A stretch of DNA of 63,988 nucleotides, counting the filler, from Asterionella formosa (lineage: Eukaryota): assembly GCA_002256025.1 (NCBI GenBank). It is 19 parts of 19 records of this genome, joined end to end, with 100 filler letters (N's around TTAATTAATTAA, not from the genome) between each part and the next. Parts side by side here need not be neighbours in the genome. Positions count along the whole stretch, not along the records: positions 23,701 to 26,984 come from NKIB01014289.1; positions 27,085 to 30,366 come from NKIB01014290.1; positions 30,467 to 33,749 come from NKIB01014291.1; positions 33,850 to 37,132 come from NKIB01014292.1; positions 37,233 to 40,515 come from NKIB01014293.1; 14 more parts are not named here. One strand, 5' to 3'. Positions 23,702 through 37,630 of this stretch are shown in pieces. Under the pieces are notes generated by a model that saw nothing but the letters and a program-made list of their open reading frames with translations, did not search any database and was not told the DNA's origin. Position numbers and translations under genes: made by a program. How positions within the stretch are numbered: the first letter of the stretch is position 1; each line of letters opens with the position of its first letter.

Positions 23702-26700
23702 CCAGGCACATGCAATACAGAGACTCTATGTGGCCAATGTGTGTGGGCCCGAAACGCATGCCAGGTAGAAACAAGGTGGCTTGGGTATACAGAAATTGGT
23801 CAGACTCATGTGGTCCGCACTGTTGGAGAAACACGACGTGCCCCAAGGATCGTGGCAGAGCGTGAGGCCGAGCTGCTCTTCTTCCCAACTTTGGATGCCC
23901 AGCCAACAGTGTCGCCGTCCTCAGCTCCCACTGCAACAGTGAATCATGTCTTTGGTCTTGAGTTGATTGGAAATTTTACTGTTGATCTTGTTAACGCTTC
24001 CAATGTTTGGGGCAGTGGATACCCAAGCAACAAAACAAGATTGATCGAACCATCAACAGAGTATTACATTCCTGGAAATATCAACGATATCGACATAAAT
24101 TTTGATTTGCAGGCTCAGCGCACCATCCAAGGTGTTGCGGTCCAAATTTGGTACTACAGTGAAGTTCAGTCGATCCAGATTGGCGTGCGCCGTGATGGCG
24201 GCACTACTTGGACGTTGTTTAATGGAGGATCCGCAACAAGCCTCAATCAACGAGTCACCATTACTATCCCCAAAACTGCTGCCCGATATGTATCGATCCG
24301 TTTGCGGGGAGGAACTTATAATGGTGTTTTTGACACAACGAAAAAGTGGGGACTTCGTCAGGTTCAGATCAGCGGAAGTTTGGATGGCTCGTTGGTCGAC
24401 ACAGGAACAAACACCACACGCAGTCCAAGTGCCAAGCTTGCATTCATCCCAAGCCAGTCAGCCATTGTCATGCTTGATGTTTTCAACCAGTCGGGGGCGC
24501 TGCTAGGGACAATGCCAGTTCGCAACCAAACATTGCAACGCCCGCTCTTGGAACAGGCTTTGGTCACATCGAAACTTGATCCTTACAGCTTGATTGATAT
24601 GTGGAGTGTCACGATTCCTTGGCGTTGGATGAAGGAAGGAAACCAACTTCGCATTTCTGTCAATCATACACTAAGTGGCAAAATTCTCACTCACTCGCAC
24701 ACCCTGAGCTATTTGGTGCAATGGGGAGAGCACACCTTCATCCGAACCAAGGTGGCAATCTTCGGCAATTCCACTGACATTGCTAGTCTTAACTCATTTA
24801 CTTATGGTGCCTCAAAGCTGGCAACAGGTATGTTTGCAGCAATGCCGTTGGCGACACTTAGCTGGGTTGACTCTGAGTTGTGGCACTTGCCATACCTAGT
24901 TGTCGCTACAGCAAATGGGGCAAGGCTTGTCCGCAGTGAAGCAGAGAGGAGGCAGGCATTCATTGATGCTGGACAAACAGATTATGGAACTGAGCCACAG
25001 TGGGAAGTGTTAAAGAATCAATTAACCTTTCGCCATTCCATGGCCAACGTAGGGAGGGGCTTTGCTGAAACAACTGATGACGAATACACTCCATACGCTT
25101 CGCAAACTTCAATCTTTATGGGTTGGTCTCTTACTGGTCAGCAAGCTGACGGAAGCGTTTATTGGGATTACTTGGGTTATTGGGATGGGTGGACTGCTGC
25201 CGCTTGGACAGGCTGGTGTGCCATGGCACCAGGTGATGAGTGCGGCAACGCGTTAATTCATGAACTTGGCCATTCACAGACAATGGAACACTTTACGTCT
25301 GGTACATCAGTGAGCTGGGGTATTGCTGATGAGTATCCAATGGACGGAGTCAATACAAAATTCAATCCCTGGGGATATGATACAGTCTCCCGTAGATTTC
25401 GTACGTGGTACAACCCATATACCAACGATGGGAAGAATGATCCAATGAATGGCGGAGAAGACCCAAACTCCGAGACTTGTTTCCCACAGTACACTGCCTA
25501 CCACGCCCAGAAGTCTCAAAACTGGGCAAAAGCATCACCAGTGCTTCTGTCATCAAAGACTTCCGGGGTACCAAGTGATGGAGCATACTTGTTCAATGAA
25601 GCAACTCGCAACTACGACAAGGTAACAGATGCTCAAGTTGTTTCTCTTGTTGATAGCTATGCTATGCCACCTGTAAAGGTCGGTGTTCCCGTTCTCACAT
25701 TTATTGGAACACTGGGAAAATTGTTGGAAACTTGCCAAATCTACCCTCCAGTGCGCTCCAGTGCTGGGAATACATTCCGATTCCCGGATCCATTTGATCT
25801 TACTCTTGTGGCTTCCCTGTTCAGTGGTGCAAGGTACTATGTTGAAGTCACCTATGCCACTGGAACCAAAATGAAAGGTTTAGTTGCTGTGCCAGACCTT
25901 AGTAGCTCCACTGCTACTCGTTTCTTTTCCTTCAATATTGCGATTGCTGATCAACCCACCAAAGTTGACTTGTATCGCTACAATTCAGTTTCGTATCCTA
26001 ACATTGTGTCTACCAGTGCTACAACTCTTCTTTTCACTCGCACCATCAACCTTCCTGCTCAGCCTTTGGATGGTATTGCTGCAACGGTGAAGGTTGGTCG
26101 TGGATGGCTTGGTGAATCAGGAGACATTGATATCTCCAAAATCTGTATCTCCGATCTAGACTGTGAGGAAAAGTCCACTGTCTTGAAGTGGCGTGGAACT
26201 GAATCCATTTCTTATTCTTCGGTAGTCCCATCATCAAATCTTGGTAACAGGAGTGCCTTTAATATTACAGTGACTCGTATGGAAGACAAGAGCACATCAG
26301 TACTTACTGTTTTGGCGACACGCTTCACCAACGAGATTTCTGCTTCACTGCTCAGCTCTCTCCCATCACCAGTTGCCGCTGACTCCACTCATGGAGTGAA
26401 GTTTTGGATCCCATATGATCTCAACTCTGCATTTTCATTCGGGACCTACAAGGCCCTCATTCCTGCTGTGACAGCATCCAACCCAGATGGCAGTCGCTTT
26501 GCCGACCTTCGAGTCAATTTAAATCTATATATTCCCCAGGTTACTGCCACTGTGAATTTGACAAAAGGGTACACTAGCCCAGGTTACACTGCACCTGGTT
26601 CATCGGCTTACTTCTTGGTCACAGACCCATCAGTCGGACCCACGACTAGTGAGTGGTGGGGTGGTGATTCAACAAGTCTTTCAGTCCCTCTGATTTCCTT

Positions 26701-26984
26701 CAATTGCAACAAAAAGATGGTGAAGGCTTCAATCATTGGAACTCAGACATCTTGTTTTTGGGGAGGTGCAATTTGGCAAATGAATGCAGGACGAAGCGCC
26801 GATAGCTGCGCACACTTTTTGATGCTCACGTTGGCCTCCTCAAGTTTAAATACATGGATGATTGATCCAACCTTAAAAGGGTGTAAGTTTGAGACGCACC
26901 CAATAAACCCAATTCAAGTCAATGCTCATCGTTGGCATGATCCCAATGGTGATGCAGTGATTGGCCGTATGGTCCTCAAGATGG
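23702..26984 (+). CDS. Peptidase M66 family zinc metalloprotease (StcE/TagA/dictomallein-like), both ends truncated
   Basis: Open across the whole contig (~1094 aa). EIGQTHVV...PRIVAEREAELLFFP N-domain, zinc motif HELGHSQTMEH (25259-25291), WGYD...RRFRTW, Met-turn DPMNGGE, and a GVPVLTFIG...QIYP C-domain. Confidence 0.8.
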
Positions 26985-27534
26985 NNNNNNNNNNNNNNNN
27001 NNNNNNNNNNNNNNNNNNNNNNNNNNNNTTAATTAATTAANNNNNNNNNNNNNNNNNNNNNNNNNNNNNNNNNNNNNNNNNNNNCACTTTTTGTGCCTGC
27101 CGGAGAGTGTGGATTGGGTTAAAGATTTCCTTTCCCGTTTGGTCCTATTAGATAACTGTACTTTTTGTGTCAGCCGGAGAGTGTGGATTGGGTTAAAGAT
27201 TTCCTTTCCCGTTTGGCCTCCCAATTCTGGTTGGTGATTCAATTTGAAGTCTCCTTATAACAATTAGTGATTCTCTTCCAACTCATTTTTTTGTCGTTGT
27301 CTTTATTATCACAAAAATTATTGCTTTGAGCAGCAGCCCATCCAGCTCAGGCGCAATTTCTTCATCAGTGACTTCTTCATTTCTTTTTCTTCATTTCTCT
27401 GTTTCTTCATTTCTCTGTATTCGTAATCATCATTTTGCACGTGTGTGTCATCATGATCACAACAATCTCAAGGGAGTTTGAGTAAATTATTGGCGATTGT
27501 ACCCGCCTCTGTCTGCCCAAAGCCACGGATCTGT

Positions 27535-27660
27535 GCAGCCCAAATCAATCAAGGAAAGAAGATTTAATAATTCAAGAAATACATTTACGCACGATCTGGC
27601 AGCCCAAATCAATCAAGGAAAGAAGATTTAATAATTCAAGAAATACATTTACGCACGATC
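27535..27660 (+). repeat. 64-bp-period tandem duplication in AT-rich repeat DNA
   Basis: GCAGCCCAAATCAATCAAGG...GCACGATC occurs twice. A second near-tandem 44-bp pair lies at ~27119 and ~27173. Confidence 0.85.
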
Positions 27661-29354
27661 ATGTGGCAAAGAAGATTTAATTCAAGAATATACATCGGAC
27701 TCACCATGCGGGCGGCAACCCGGTAAAATTAGAACGAGCTCATTAATTAAATTAATTAGGGTTAGGGTTGCAAAGAAGTTAATTCAAGAAATTACATCGG
27801 GATACTCTTTATACGCATGGAGGCTTCACTAAGGAAGAGCTGGTGCTCACGTTGTGTACCCGCAACCAAAAAAAGGTAGAAAAAAGCGTGGCTACTAGAA
27901 TTGTGACGCTCGGTTCTATAATAAGTAATTATATATTAATTAATAAGTAGAAGAAAGAAATCTTATTTATTTTAATAACCATTTTTATTAATAATAAGTA
28001 GTAGAAATGAATCTTTTTTATTTTGGTGCTTGGTTGAACCCCCAACCAAAAAATATTATGATGCCGAAGTTGTGTGACTACCGCAACCAAAAAGGGTAGA
28101 AGAAATTCAATTGGAAATGACTAAGGTACCATTACCGGGGAAATCAAGACAGGGAATATTGAAAGGCCGAATGCGCTTAAAGTTAGCAAGTGGCATTTTC
28201 ATCAATGAGTTTGCCCATAATAATGATAACGAATGAATGAGATTGGTTCGGAGGAATGTAAGATTGAACTGAAACGAGAATGATGAACTTTGCAATATTC
28301 AACTAAAATGTATTCGAAACAAAGAAAAATTTTAGAAAACGAATTGATAAAACAAAATTGATCAGCGATTGTCTCAGCAAAGCAAGAAGATTTTCATTCA
28401 ACGCAATCTTGTCTTCCTTGAAGTGAAAAGTAGATTCCCATTGTTATCGAAAAAATAATCTAATTAATAAAACATGATTTTCTCCGCAATCTCGTCTTTC
28501 TTGAAGTAAAAAGTAGATTCCCATTGTTTGCCGAAAAAAATTTAGTATCGTCGGTAAAGAAAGATATTATTACCAGTGAAGGAAAAATAACTTTGTCCGG
28601 TTAATATAAATTCATTTTCTAGTCATAGAAATCTTTGATGAATTCATTTTAATTCTTTTCGTTTTCTTATGATTTTTTAACAAAGCGCCGCTTTCATTGT
28701 AATTAAGCAGAAAAGATGTCTCATGATTGATTGAACCCAAACAAATTCCTGAGATAGAATTCATCTCATTTCACAATACGACCTGTGGTGTCTGTCTACT
28801 ATTGATTGGTTGAACCCACAAAACTACCTGAGATGGAATTCAACAATTTCATACTATTGATCGAGTTCATAATTTTTTAATTTCCACTATACAGAGTCTA
28901 TATAGGCTTGCCAAACTTGTTCTTTCAGATTATTTCATTCTACATACCACCTTCATCAGTTCTTCCCGCTATCCCATGGGTATGGCTTACTGGTTTAAAT
29001 TATCGGTTCACTGGGTAGTACTTAAACCTCGCAAGAAAAACGCGACTCATGTTTAATCCGACGATCTCAATTTTCGTTGTCATTATTTATGTTATTTACA
29101 TTACTTCTTTAATACTTATACATGTATTTTTCATGTCGTTCTTAACTCTGAGTAGTAAATTAAAATAGCAAAGCGTCGTTCTTCTATTTGCGCACTGTAA
29201 TCAAGACACGGGATTAAGTGGTGAGTAGTTTTGGCATGGAACAAATGCACCCTTCGACTAGGAAAAATTTACGAGGACAATGCCAAAGAAAATAAGTCGC
29301 TGTTCAACCCAGAAATTGAAGTTAATAATATCTGATCTACAAATGCCGATCGAG

Positions 29355-30040
29355 CAGCTTAGCAGGGCGAGCACCAGGAATATGTGATAAGGGAGCCAAA
29401 AACACGTAAGTGGGATAGATCAGGTGGGGAACCATTCCAGGATTTCAAAAGGAGTGTATTATACACTGAAGCGAAGAAAAGAGTGCCAGATGCGATCTTA
29501 AGGTAGACAGCATGAACAAGTGCAGCACTCCCAGTATGTTGGGGGAAGGCCAGCAGAATAGAGAAGAGTGACCATGACACCAAATGTGCCATTGAGGTGT
29601 TCAACTTTCCCATTTTGATGTGGACTGCCAGTGGGAACCCTAACCAGCTGTGGAAGTAACGATGCATCAGGCATCAGATCGCCATAGTTCACTCCTTGAT
29701 CAACACGGAGAGCACGGCAGCCATCACGAAGACCAAAAATAGTTAGGAATTTGTGAACAATTAATCAACTGGAGGGGGAGATTTGGTAGCAGTTAAGAAT
29801 ACCCCATGTAAAGCAGGTTTTAGCATCCGTGATAAAGAGATAGGAATTATAGCCATCATATGAATTCACAATATAGGGAGCACCAACTTGTTTCTGGAAA
29901 GATTGAGAACTGGCACGCATGAAACCAAAATCCAAATGAAAACGGGAGCCAGGAAGGAGATCAGCAACAGAAGTGGTTTGGCCCATGGTGTTACGGCGGG
30001 CATGTGCTTGACTGCAGATGGGACGATGACGGAGTGGGTA
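29355..30040 (-). mobile_element. Degenerate Ty1/copia integrase fragment
   Basis: RFHLDFGFMRASS, YNSYLFITDAK, RVDQGxEL, PHQNGKVE, GLPPTYW and PDLSHLRVFGS, spread over shifted frames. Confidence 0.8.
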
Positions 30041-30466
30041 TATATATGTTCATAATCATTAATTAAGAGTTTACAGAGAAGAAATCATTCGAACTCGTAA
30101 TGGTTCTACACACAGCCCACATTGTAAATCTGTTTCGTCAACCACCTTGCATTACAATCTTGCCGAAATCAATTCGTAAACAAACACGTTCTACTTGTTC
30201 TCATTGACATTTTCAATTCTCACATTGAGGTTCATTCAGCATAGAATACGAAAATGTAAACAGACTGCTATTATCATACATACGTTATAGTTATAGATGA
30301 TTCTGATTACAATTTCTTTTTCATATTGCTTGTTTCCGCATTTGGGATGCTGTTCTTGTAATGTATNNNNNNNNNNNNNNNNNNNNNNNNNNNNNNNNNN
30401 NNNNNNNNNNTTAATTAATTAANNNNNNNNNNNNNNNNNNNNNNNNNNNNNNNNNNNNNNNNNNNN

Positions 30467-33244
30467 TGTTTGTCGTTGTCACTTGAGGCCAAACTGTTCC
30501 AAGATGAAAGTATGTTGACTTGGTTGGTGGGTCAGATGTAACAGATAACAAATCGTCTGTTCCATCAGTTGCTACCACCTGACGTTTTAAAACGTTCCAG
30601 GACTCCGTCTCCAAACAGAATTGTGCCCGGTTGCGAAGAAATTTGGTTTTACCATTCCTCTCTGGTTGCAATAGAGTTTCCAATACTTTCAAAATTGTAA
30701 ATGGTCCACATGACCATCCACTATCATCTTCTGATTGAAATAACATGGAATCATGTTCAGTGGCCATAATGAGCGATCTGCAATGGTGCTTTGGTGCCAG
30801 TATAGAAAGATTCCGATAAACCAATTTCTTCAGGTGTATGATGCAGTACTAACGGGCAAGGTGAAATACTTGATCATAATGTTCATCCAATCTTGCATCT
30901 TTTCCTGGATCACGGACTTGACATAATCCATCAAAATGGTTGTTTTCCTCCTCGCCTGATCTTTTGCAATTAACAATTAGCACATAGTTACTGTCATGAT
31001 GAAGTGGATGACAATCACCCCGGTATAAATACGGTTTGTCATTACCCTTTTCTGGGTTCTCATCCAGATCAAATATAACCTTTACATCAGTTGGATGAAG
31101 TTCATGAATTATATAATGGAGCGTAGAGCAAGGTAATTGTTTCAAGGTCCCAATATGCAAGATCTTTAAAATCTGACGATGATTTTTTGATGATATTACC
31201 TTTGACTCCATAAAATACAGAGGCGTAATTGCATATTTCTTGTGGGGTAAGTTTGTACAATTCTTTCCACAATTTTAGTTGTCCATGCGATTTCGGCAAA
31301 CTCAAGGAAAATGCCGTTTCTTGCTTTGGCATAATAACTCTATACATTTCACATGCCGACTCTTCACAAAAGTAGCTGCCTTCGTGATTGTTCTCGATGA
31401 TTTTACAAAGAAATTCCTTTTCTTCCATGTATGATTTGGAAAAGATTCAATTTTTTGCTTCAAACATCGTTCCCGACTCAGTGCATCAACTGCCTTGTTG
31501 CTTAGCCAGCATGGTTATCACATCTCTGTCTGCATTGATCTTCTTGAATTCGAGGGCTTGATCTTGCGCAGACTTTTTCTTGAATATCTTTCTTTTAGAA
31601 ATGCAATAGTTTCTATGCTTTCATGATGTTCATCTTGATGTTCTGGACGAATAGTCTTGTGAAAGAAATCCTGTATCGGTTCGAAACAATTCCAATTGTT
31701 TCGTGCATCCAGGGTTGACGCAGCACTTACGGACAAGGTGAAATACTTGATCATAATGTTCATCCAAACTTGCATCTTTTCCTCAATCACGGACTTAACA
31801 TAATCCATCATATATAGCAAAAAGATAATGCACAAAATGGTTGTTTTCCTCCTCATCTGATCTTTTGCAATTAACAATTAGCACATAGTTTCTGTCATGA
31901 TGAAGTGGATGACAATCACCCCGGTATAAATACGGTTTGTCATTACCCTTTTCTGGGTTCTCATCCAGATCAAATATAACCTTTACATCAGTTGGATGAA
32001 GTTCATGAATTATATAATGGAGCGTAGAGCAAGGTAATTGTTTCAAGGTCCCAATATGCAAGATCTTTAAAATATGAAGATGATTTTTCGATACCTTTGA
32101 CTCCATAAAATGCAGAGGCGTAATTGCATATTTCTTGTGGGATACGTGTGTACAAATCTTTCCACAATTTTAGTTGTCCATGCGTTTTCGGCAAACTCAA
32201 GGAAAATGCAGTTTGCTTTGGCGTAATAACTCTACACATTTCACATGCTGACTCTTCACAAAAGTAGCTGCCTTCGGGATTGTTCTCGATGATTTTATAA
32301 AGAAATCCTAATCTTTTTCTTCCATGTATGATTTGGAAAAAGATTCAATATTTTGCTTCAAACTTCGTTCTCGACTCAGTGCATCAACTGCTTTAGCCAG
32401 CATCACATCTCTGTCTGCATTGATCTTCTTGAATTCGAGGTCTTGATCTAGCTCAGACTTTTTCTTGAATGTCTTTTCTTATAGAAATGCAATAGTTTCT
32501 CTGCTTTCATGATGTTCATCTTGATGTTCTGGACGAATAGTGAGACAGACATATTTCTTGGTTTTGCAACTTTTCAACCATTTCTACTTCAGAAGTGATG
32601 TCTCCCACATTTCCGCCGGTATTTTCATTCATCGCATGAATTTGTTCATCAAATGAATGAGAATCACTGATTTCTTATTCATTATCAGCGATTTCAGGAG
32701 AGCAAGGAGCAACATACGACACTGGATGGAACTGTGACTCTATAGGAATAGAGTCTTCATTCGCGAAGTACAACTGTTTGGGTTTCCTTGGCTCTTAGAA
32801 AGCAATCTTTCCTTGTTCTTTTCAATCTCTGCCACTATTGTATCGTCATATTTAATTATTTTTTCTGGAGTAATATGAATCTGTTCAAATTCATCTGATC
32901 TTTGAGTGTATTCAAAGGAATCTTCGATTGATTTCATAAGTTTCTTCATCTTCTTTTCCGAAAACATAAAGTCGTGTAGTGTAAACAATGGAAGTAAGTC
33001 TCGTTTCTTGTTTGACTGATCCTTTCTTGCATGAAATCCATGAAATGCCATTTGGAAAGTTGTCAAAGGGCAAAAGACTATGATGTAAAACAGTGGAAGT
33101 GAAACGCGGAGCTAGCTTTTTGCGGCGCTTGTGGAGGTGCAGCTGCTGTGATGGTAACCGAGTGTAGCAATTGTTGAACAGAGCACAGCAATGTAATATG
33201 CATGTTCCGCTAGCATAGTTTTTACACAATACACATGCCGGCAT
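30467..33244 (-). pseudogene. Decayed long ORF of unknown function with an N-terminal Cys cluster
   Basis: A chain of same-strand ORF fragments beginning MPACVLCKNYASGTCILHCC, with many frameshifts. Confidence 0.45.
30857..32541 (-). repeat. Tandem duplication (~880-bp period) inside a decayed unknown ORF
   Basis: ~30857-31655 and ~31734-32541 encode the same peptides (FDLDENPEKGNDKPYLYRGDCHPLHHD; FKDLAYWDLETITLLYAPLY). Confidence 0.85.
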
Positions 33245-33469
33245 AAATACAGCTATAACAAGGAAAAACTACATGACAATGGACATGATGGATGGTTGTT
33301 GAGGATACCAGTATGTGATATGCATCAATCCATATCACAAATCATACTATAGTGATGTACATATCAACGCATCTGTATACTTAGATCCTATACACCGTAT
33401 AATACTATCACATTAACTGTTGGCTTTTACTGTATTCATCAAAAGTCGAATTTATATATTAAGTAACAT

Positions 33470-33749
33470 ACTCTATGATTTATTTATTTTCTATGATGTA
33501 TTGATAACACTTTCTTACATATTTAATCGTATTTTATTATCATTGTATTATTTTAACATGATCATATTTTGATCAAAATTATGTCATAAACATTTTAAGA
33601 AATTATCATAGTTCTATGATCAATGCATCATAGCTATGTGATATACTTTATTCAATATTATGTATCATACTTTGGTGATGTATGCATCGATGTAACCCTA
33701 TTGTGATATCACATTATCATCTTATCAATCATGATGAGATGATTGTGAA
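33470..33749 (+). repeat. ATCAT/ATGAT-rich dispersed repeat
   Basis: Close copy at 36880-37132 and an inverted copy at ~37660-37822. Confidence 0.85.
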
Positions 33750-33849
33750 NNNNNNNNNNNNNNNNNNNNNNNNNNNNNNNNNNNNNNNNNNNNTTAATTA
33801 ATTAANNNNNNNNNNNNNNNNNNNNNNNNNNNNNNNNNNNNNNNNNNNN

Positions 33850-36800
33850 ATTGTTGATGGGGACACCATCAGCTACATAGGATTCGTAATTGATACTGAA
33901 AGCAATGATGACATTTCTTTTTCAGTTGTTGATACAAGAAAAATGGCTCCTGTCGATGATACCATTAATAACTCCCAGATGCAGATGGACGACATGGTAC
34001 CATATCATAAATTTTCTAATTGCACGGACCAACACATACATGACAAACTGAGGGAAAAACATTTTGCACTTGCCAAAGGATATTATCAATTGGTCAATGA
34101 AATCAATCACTACAAAGGTTGAAATTCGGTTCAAAACTCGTCCATACGAGGTTATCAAGAATATTCAATTTCAGCAGCCTTATCAGAACGTCGTTCTAAA
34201 TTGAACCATCAATTGTCACACAGGTTGTGAGTTTCATTTTCAAGACCAAGAAGTTTTGCTGTGAACGTGTAAGTTTGATGTTATAGTTCGTGAATCATTG
34301 CAGGTACTTTAAAACAGAATATCAATCTCATGTGCTTTTTTCTGGTCCCAAAAGAGAATCAAACATCCCGCCCTGCCTATCTGGTACAAGTAGTATGAAA
34401 GGTATTTCCAATCACAAACAGGATTGGTTTGCCCAATGTTGACCTGCCTAACTCGGCTATACACAGTGAAACCGGAGTTAGGCAAAGAAGTGGAGAGTGA
34501 CCTAGAGCTTGCCGACTTTATATGGAATGGTTCTGATGCACTTCTTCCGATGAATCAGACCATTGAACGTACCAACAAGGCATGTTTAGATTACATCAAA
34601 TCAACAATTGGCATGTGCATTAAAAAGTTGAGAGAATGTCAGAATGTATTGAATAATCAATTTAAAGGAATCTTAGGTAAGTTCTTGCAGGGAGATGCTC
34701 TGAAAGCATGACGTTTTGAGTCGGTGATTATAATCTTATCAAATATGTTTCAATTTAAAAATGCTAAACTAATTCATGACATACCAGCTGGTCTAAGAGA
34801 ATATAGCTAACTTCCAAACTATGGATATTGATGACTTTATGAGGTGGGCGTTCACGCTTTATCGTTTTGCGCAGTCAAAGGACATTGACAGGGGAGGCCA
34901 AGGCTACCAATACTGGCGTGATGTTCTTGCTTCATTCATTTTTGCATCATGGATTTTACCAAGAAAACATCAGTTGAGAGAATGTCAGAATGTATTGAAT
35001 AATCAGTTTAAAGGAATCTTAGGTAAGTTCTTGCAGGGCGGAAGATGCTCTGAAAGCATGATGTTTTGAGTCGGTGATTATATTCTTATCTAATATGTTT
35101 GAATTAAAAGTGCTAACATAATTCATGACACACCAGCTGGTCTAACAGAATATAACTTCCAGGCTATGGATGTTTATGACTTTATTATGTGAGCGTTCAC
35201 GCTTTATCGTTTTGCGCAGTCAAATGACATAGACAGGGGAAGCCAAGGATACCAAGTCTGGCGTAATGTTCTTGCTAGGAAGGACAAGCCGTGGAGAACC
35301 GTTTTTAACAGGAGAAAATCTGGTGTGACCAAATTTCAACTAAGTCTTGGGGAACAGTGTGAATTGCAATCACGTTTTGTTGGTTCGCTGATCAATGCCA
35401 GTACAGAAGCCTTTTGCTTCTTGGTGCTGAAAGGAAAATTCCGATTGCAACAAAAATATTTGGGTTTCAATCCAGATACTACGCATGAAATTTCAGAGAA
35501 CGATATTCGTCATTCTACTGATTCTATCGACATTGGTGGGAAACCACTTATCAAAAAAGTGTGAGGGAAGAAAGTTCAGTTTCAAATGGTCTCACTGATC
35601 AATGAACTGATGATAATGATTTACTCGGTTATTATAAGGAAATCTACACTGGACTTTCTCAAAAGAATCGATCGGAATATGGAAGGAATCCTAGAGGAAT
35701 TGCTACTTCCACAACAAATATCATCTACCCACACTCATACTTGTTCTCATTTCCCAATGTAAGTGAAGAGGATATGTGTCAATATGTTGAACCACTTCAA
35801 CCAAATGTTCCTGAGAAGAATATTGATTACAATGAACGCATGAATCAACGGGACATTGATGACGACGTTGATTTTGAATGGATCTAATAGAATCCAATGC
35901 ATGCTTAGTAGTTACATAATAAATATAGTTAGTGTGAGACTTCTACAATGCACAAACCATATCATAGATGTTAGGAAAACATTGATGTTGGTCTATACTA
36001 CTAGTAGTGCCGCCTGTACTGTATGTAGCGGTATACCTCCATTTTTACTACTATGGTGGAGTGATAATTTCACGACTCTGTATTGTCCAGCACAGCATGA
36101 TCGGAGTGATGCTAAATTTATCATTATATATTCATTCATTTTCATTCTATCCTGTTCATTTCCTGACTTTGTCATCATTTGAAATTTGCAATGTCTTTGC
36201 GGACATTGCAATGGTGTTATCTGCATAACTACAAATTTCGGAAGAACAAATCCCCATCTGAGTCTCACAACCGAAATTGTAGCAACCGTGTTTTCTATGC
36301 ATATGGTCACTGTCGACATTGCATGCAAGAACATCGAGTTCCTGTAATACATAATGAAACTATGTATTGCGGTAGTGCGCGCATCGAATCATTCAAGGAA
36401 AGAAGTTAATGGCAGTGTAACTGCTGCAGCATTTAGGGAGAGTAGACAACAAGAAGAGATTATGTGTCCTATCCTTGAATCAAGTGGCCACAATCATCCA
36501 TTTCATGACGACAGCGACGATTCAGTTTATAACAATATTCAGTAACAACAAGACAAACAATTGAGACTAATACCTCTCCAAGGATTGAATTCAGAAACCA
36601 TGCAATATACAGTTTTTCAAGATCATACCTGCTTTCTCCCTGAAAATGCAATGGAAATGCCCCTTCCTCGGCTCCTCAATTTCAACATCCAAGTAAGCAT
36701 TCTCTAAACATACGCGCATCCAATCGAATTAGAACTCATGATATTCCTTAACGAGAACTACCTACCTTCCACCAGTTTACTTTGATCATCTAATGAAATG

Positions 36801-36860
36801 GCTGTTCAAGGCAAAAGCAATGAAATATTTTGATGGAAGGTATCAAGCTCCATCCTACCA
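33850..36860 (+). pseudogene. Decayed ORF chain of unknown function with a ~345-bp tandem duplication
   Basis: Plus-strand fragments at 34424, 34821, 35325 and 36179. 34627-34935 is repeated at 34973-35275 (LRECQNVLNNQFKGILGKFLQG). Confidence 0.4.
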
Positions 36861-36879
36861 GACTTTGAAAAAACGCATA

Positions 36880-37132
36880 CTTTATGATTGATTTATTGAT
36901 TTTCTATGATGTATCGATAACACTTACGTACATATTTTATCGTATTTTATTATCATTGTATTATCTTAACACGATCATATTTTTTTGATCAAACTTTTAT
37001 CATGAACATTCTAAGAAATCATCATAGTTCTATGATCAATGTATCATCGCTATGTGATATACTTTATTCAATATTATGTATAATACTTTGGTGATGTATG
37101 CATCGATGTAACCCTATCGTGATATCACATTA
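36880..37132 (+). repeat. ATCAT-rich dispersed repeat copy at contig end
   Basis: Aligns by eye to ~33470-33717. Confidence 0.85.
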
Positions 37133-37232
37133 NNNNNNNNNNNNNNNNNNNNNNNNNNNNNNNNNNNNNNNNNNNNTTAATTAATTAANNNNNNNNNNNN
37201 NNNNNNNNNNNNNNNNNNNNNNNNNNNNNNNN

Positions 37233-37575
37233 TGATATCTGTATCGTCATTTGCTTGTTGGAATTGTCCGTTGCCTCAAACTTGCTTGGCGTGTGCGTGC
37301 ACACACTGTCGACTTGTTTTCAATGGTATGTTGTTCTTGTATTCACTGTTGAACTTGTCCGCATCTTTGTAACCATCGATAGAGGGACACGTGGGTCTCT
37401 TCATTGTTGTTTGCTCCTGGAAAAGTCGGTGTCCGTGTCATCCTCATCAATAGAGAGACAAGTTCTTTCGTTGGAAAAATTGGCACCCGTGGTATCATCA
37501 CTCGCTCGTTCGAACCACTGTCCGTTGCCTCAAACCTGATTAGCGTGTGAGTACCGGTATGTGCACTGTCGACTT
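37233..37575 (+). repeat. Dispersed repeat, inverted copy at 54135-54440
   Basis: Shared segments TGTCCGTTGCCTCAAAC, ATTCACTGTTGAACTTGTCCGCATCT and GGGTCTCTTCAT...GCTCCTGGAAAAGTCG. Confidence 0.8.
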
Positions 37576-37630
37576 TAGTTCATTACAGGCGGAGTGACTT
37601 CGCTACTAAATTGCGTGATATAATAATATA

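Noticed and set aside
27757..27768. TTAGGGTTAGGG as a telomere
   Set aside because: Only two units, internal to the contig; too short to support.
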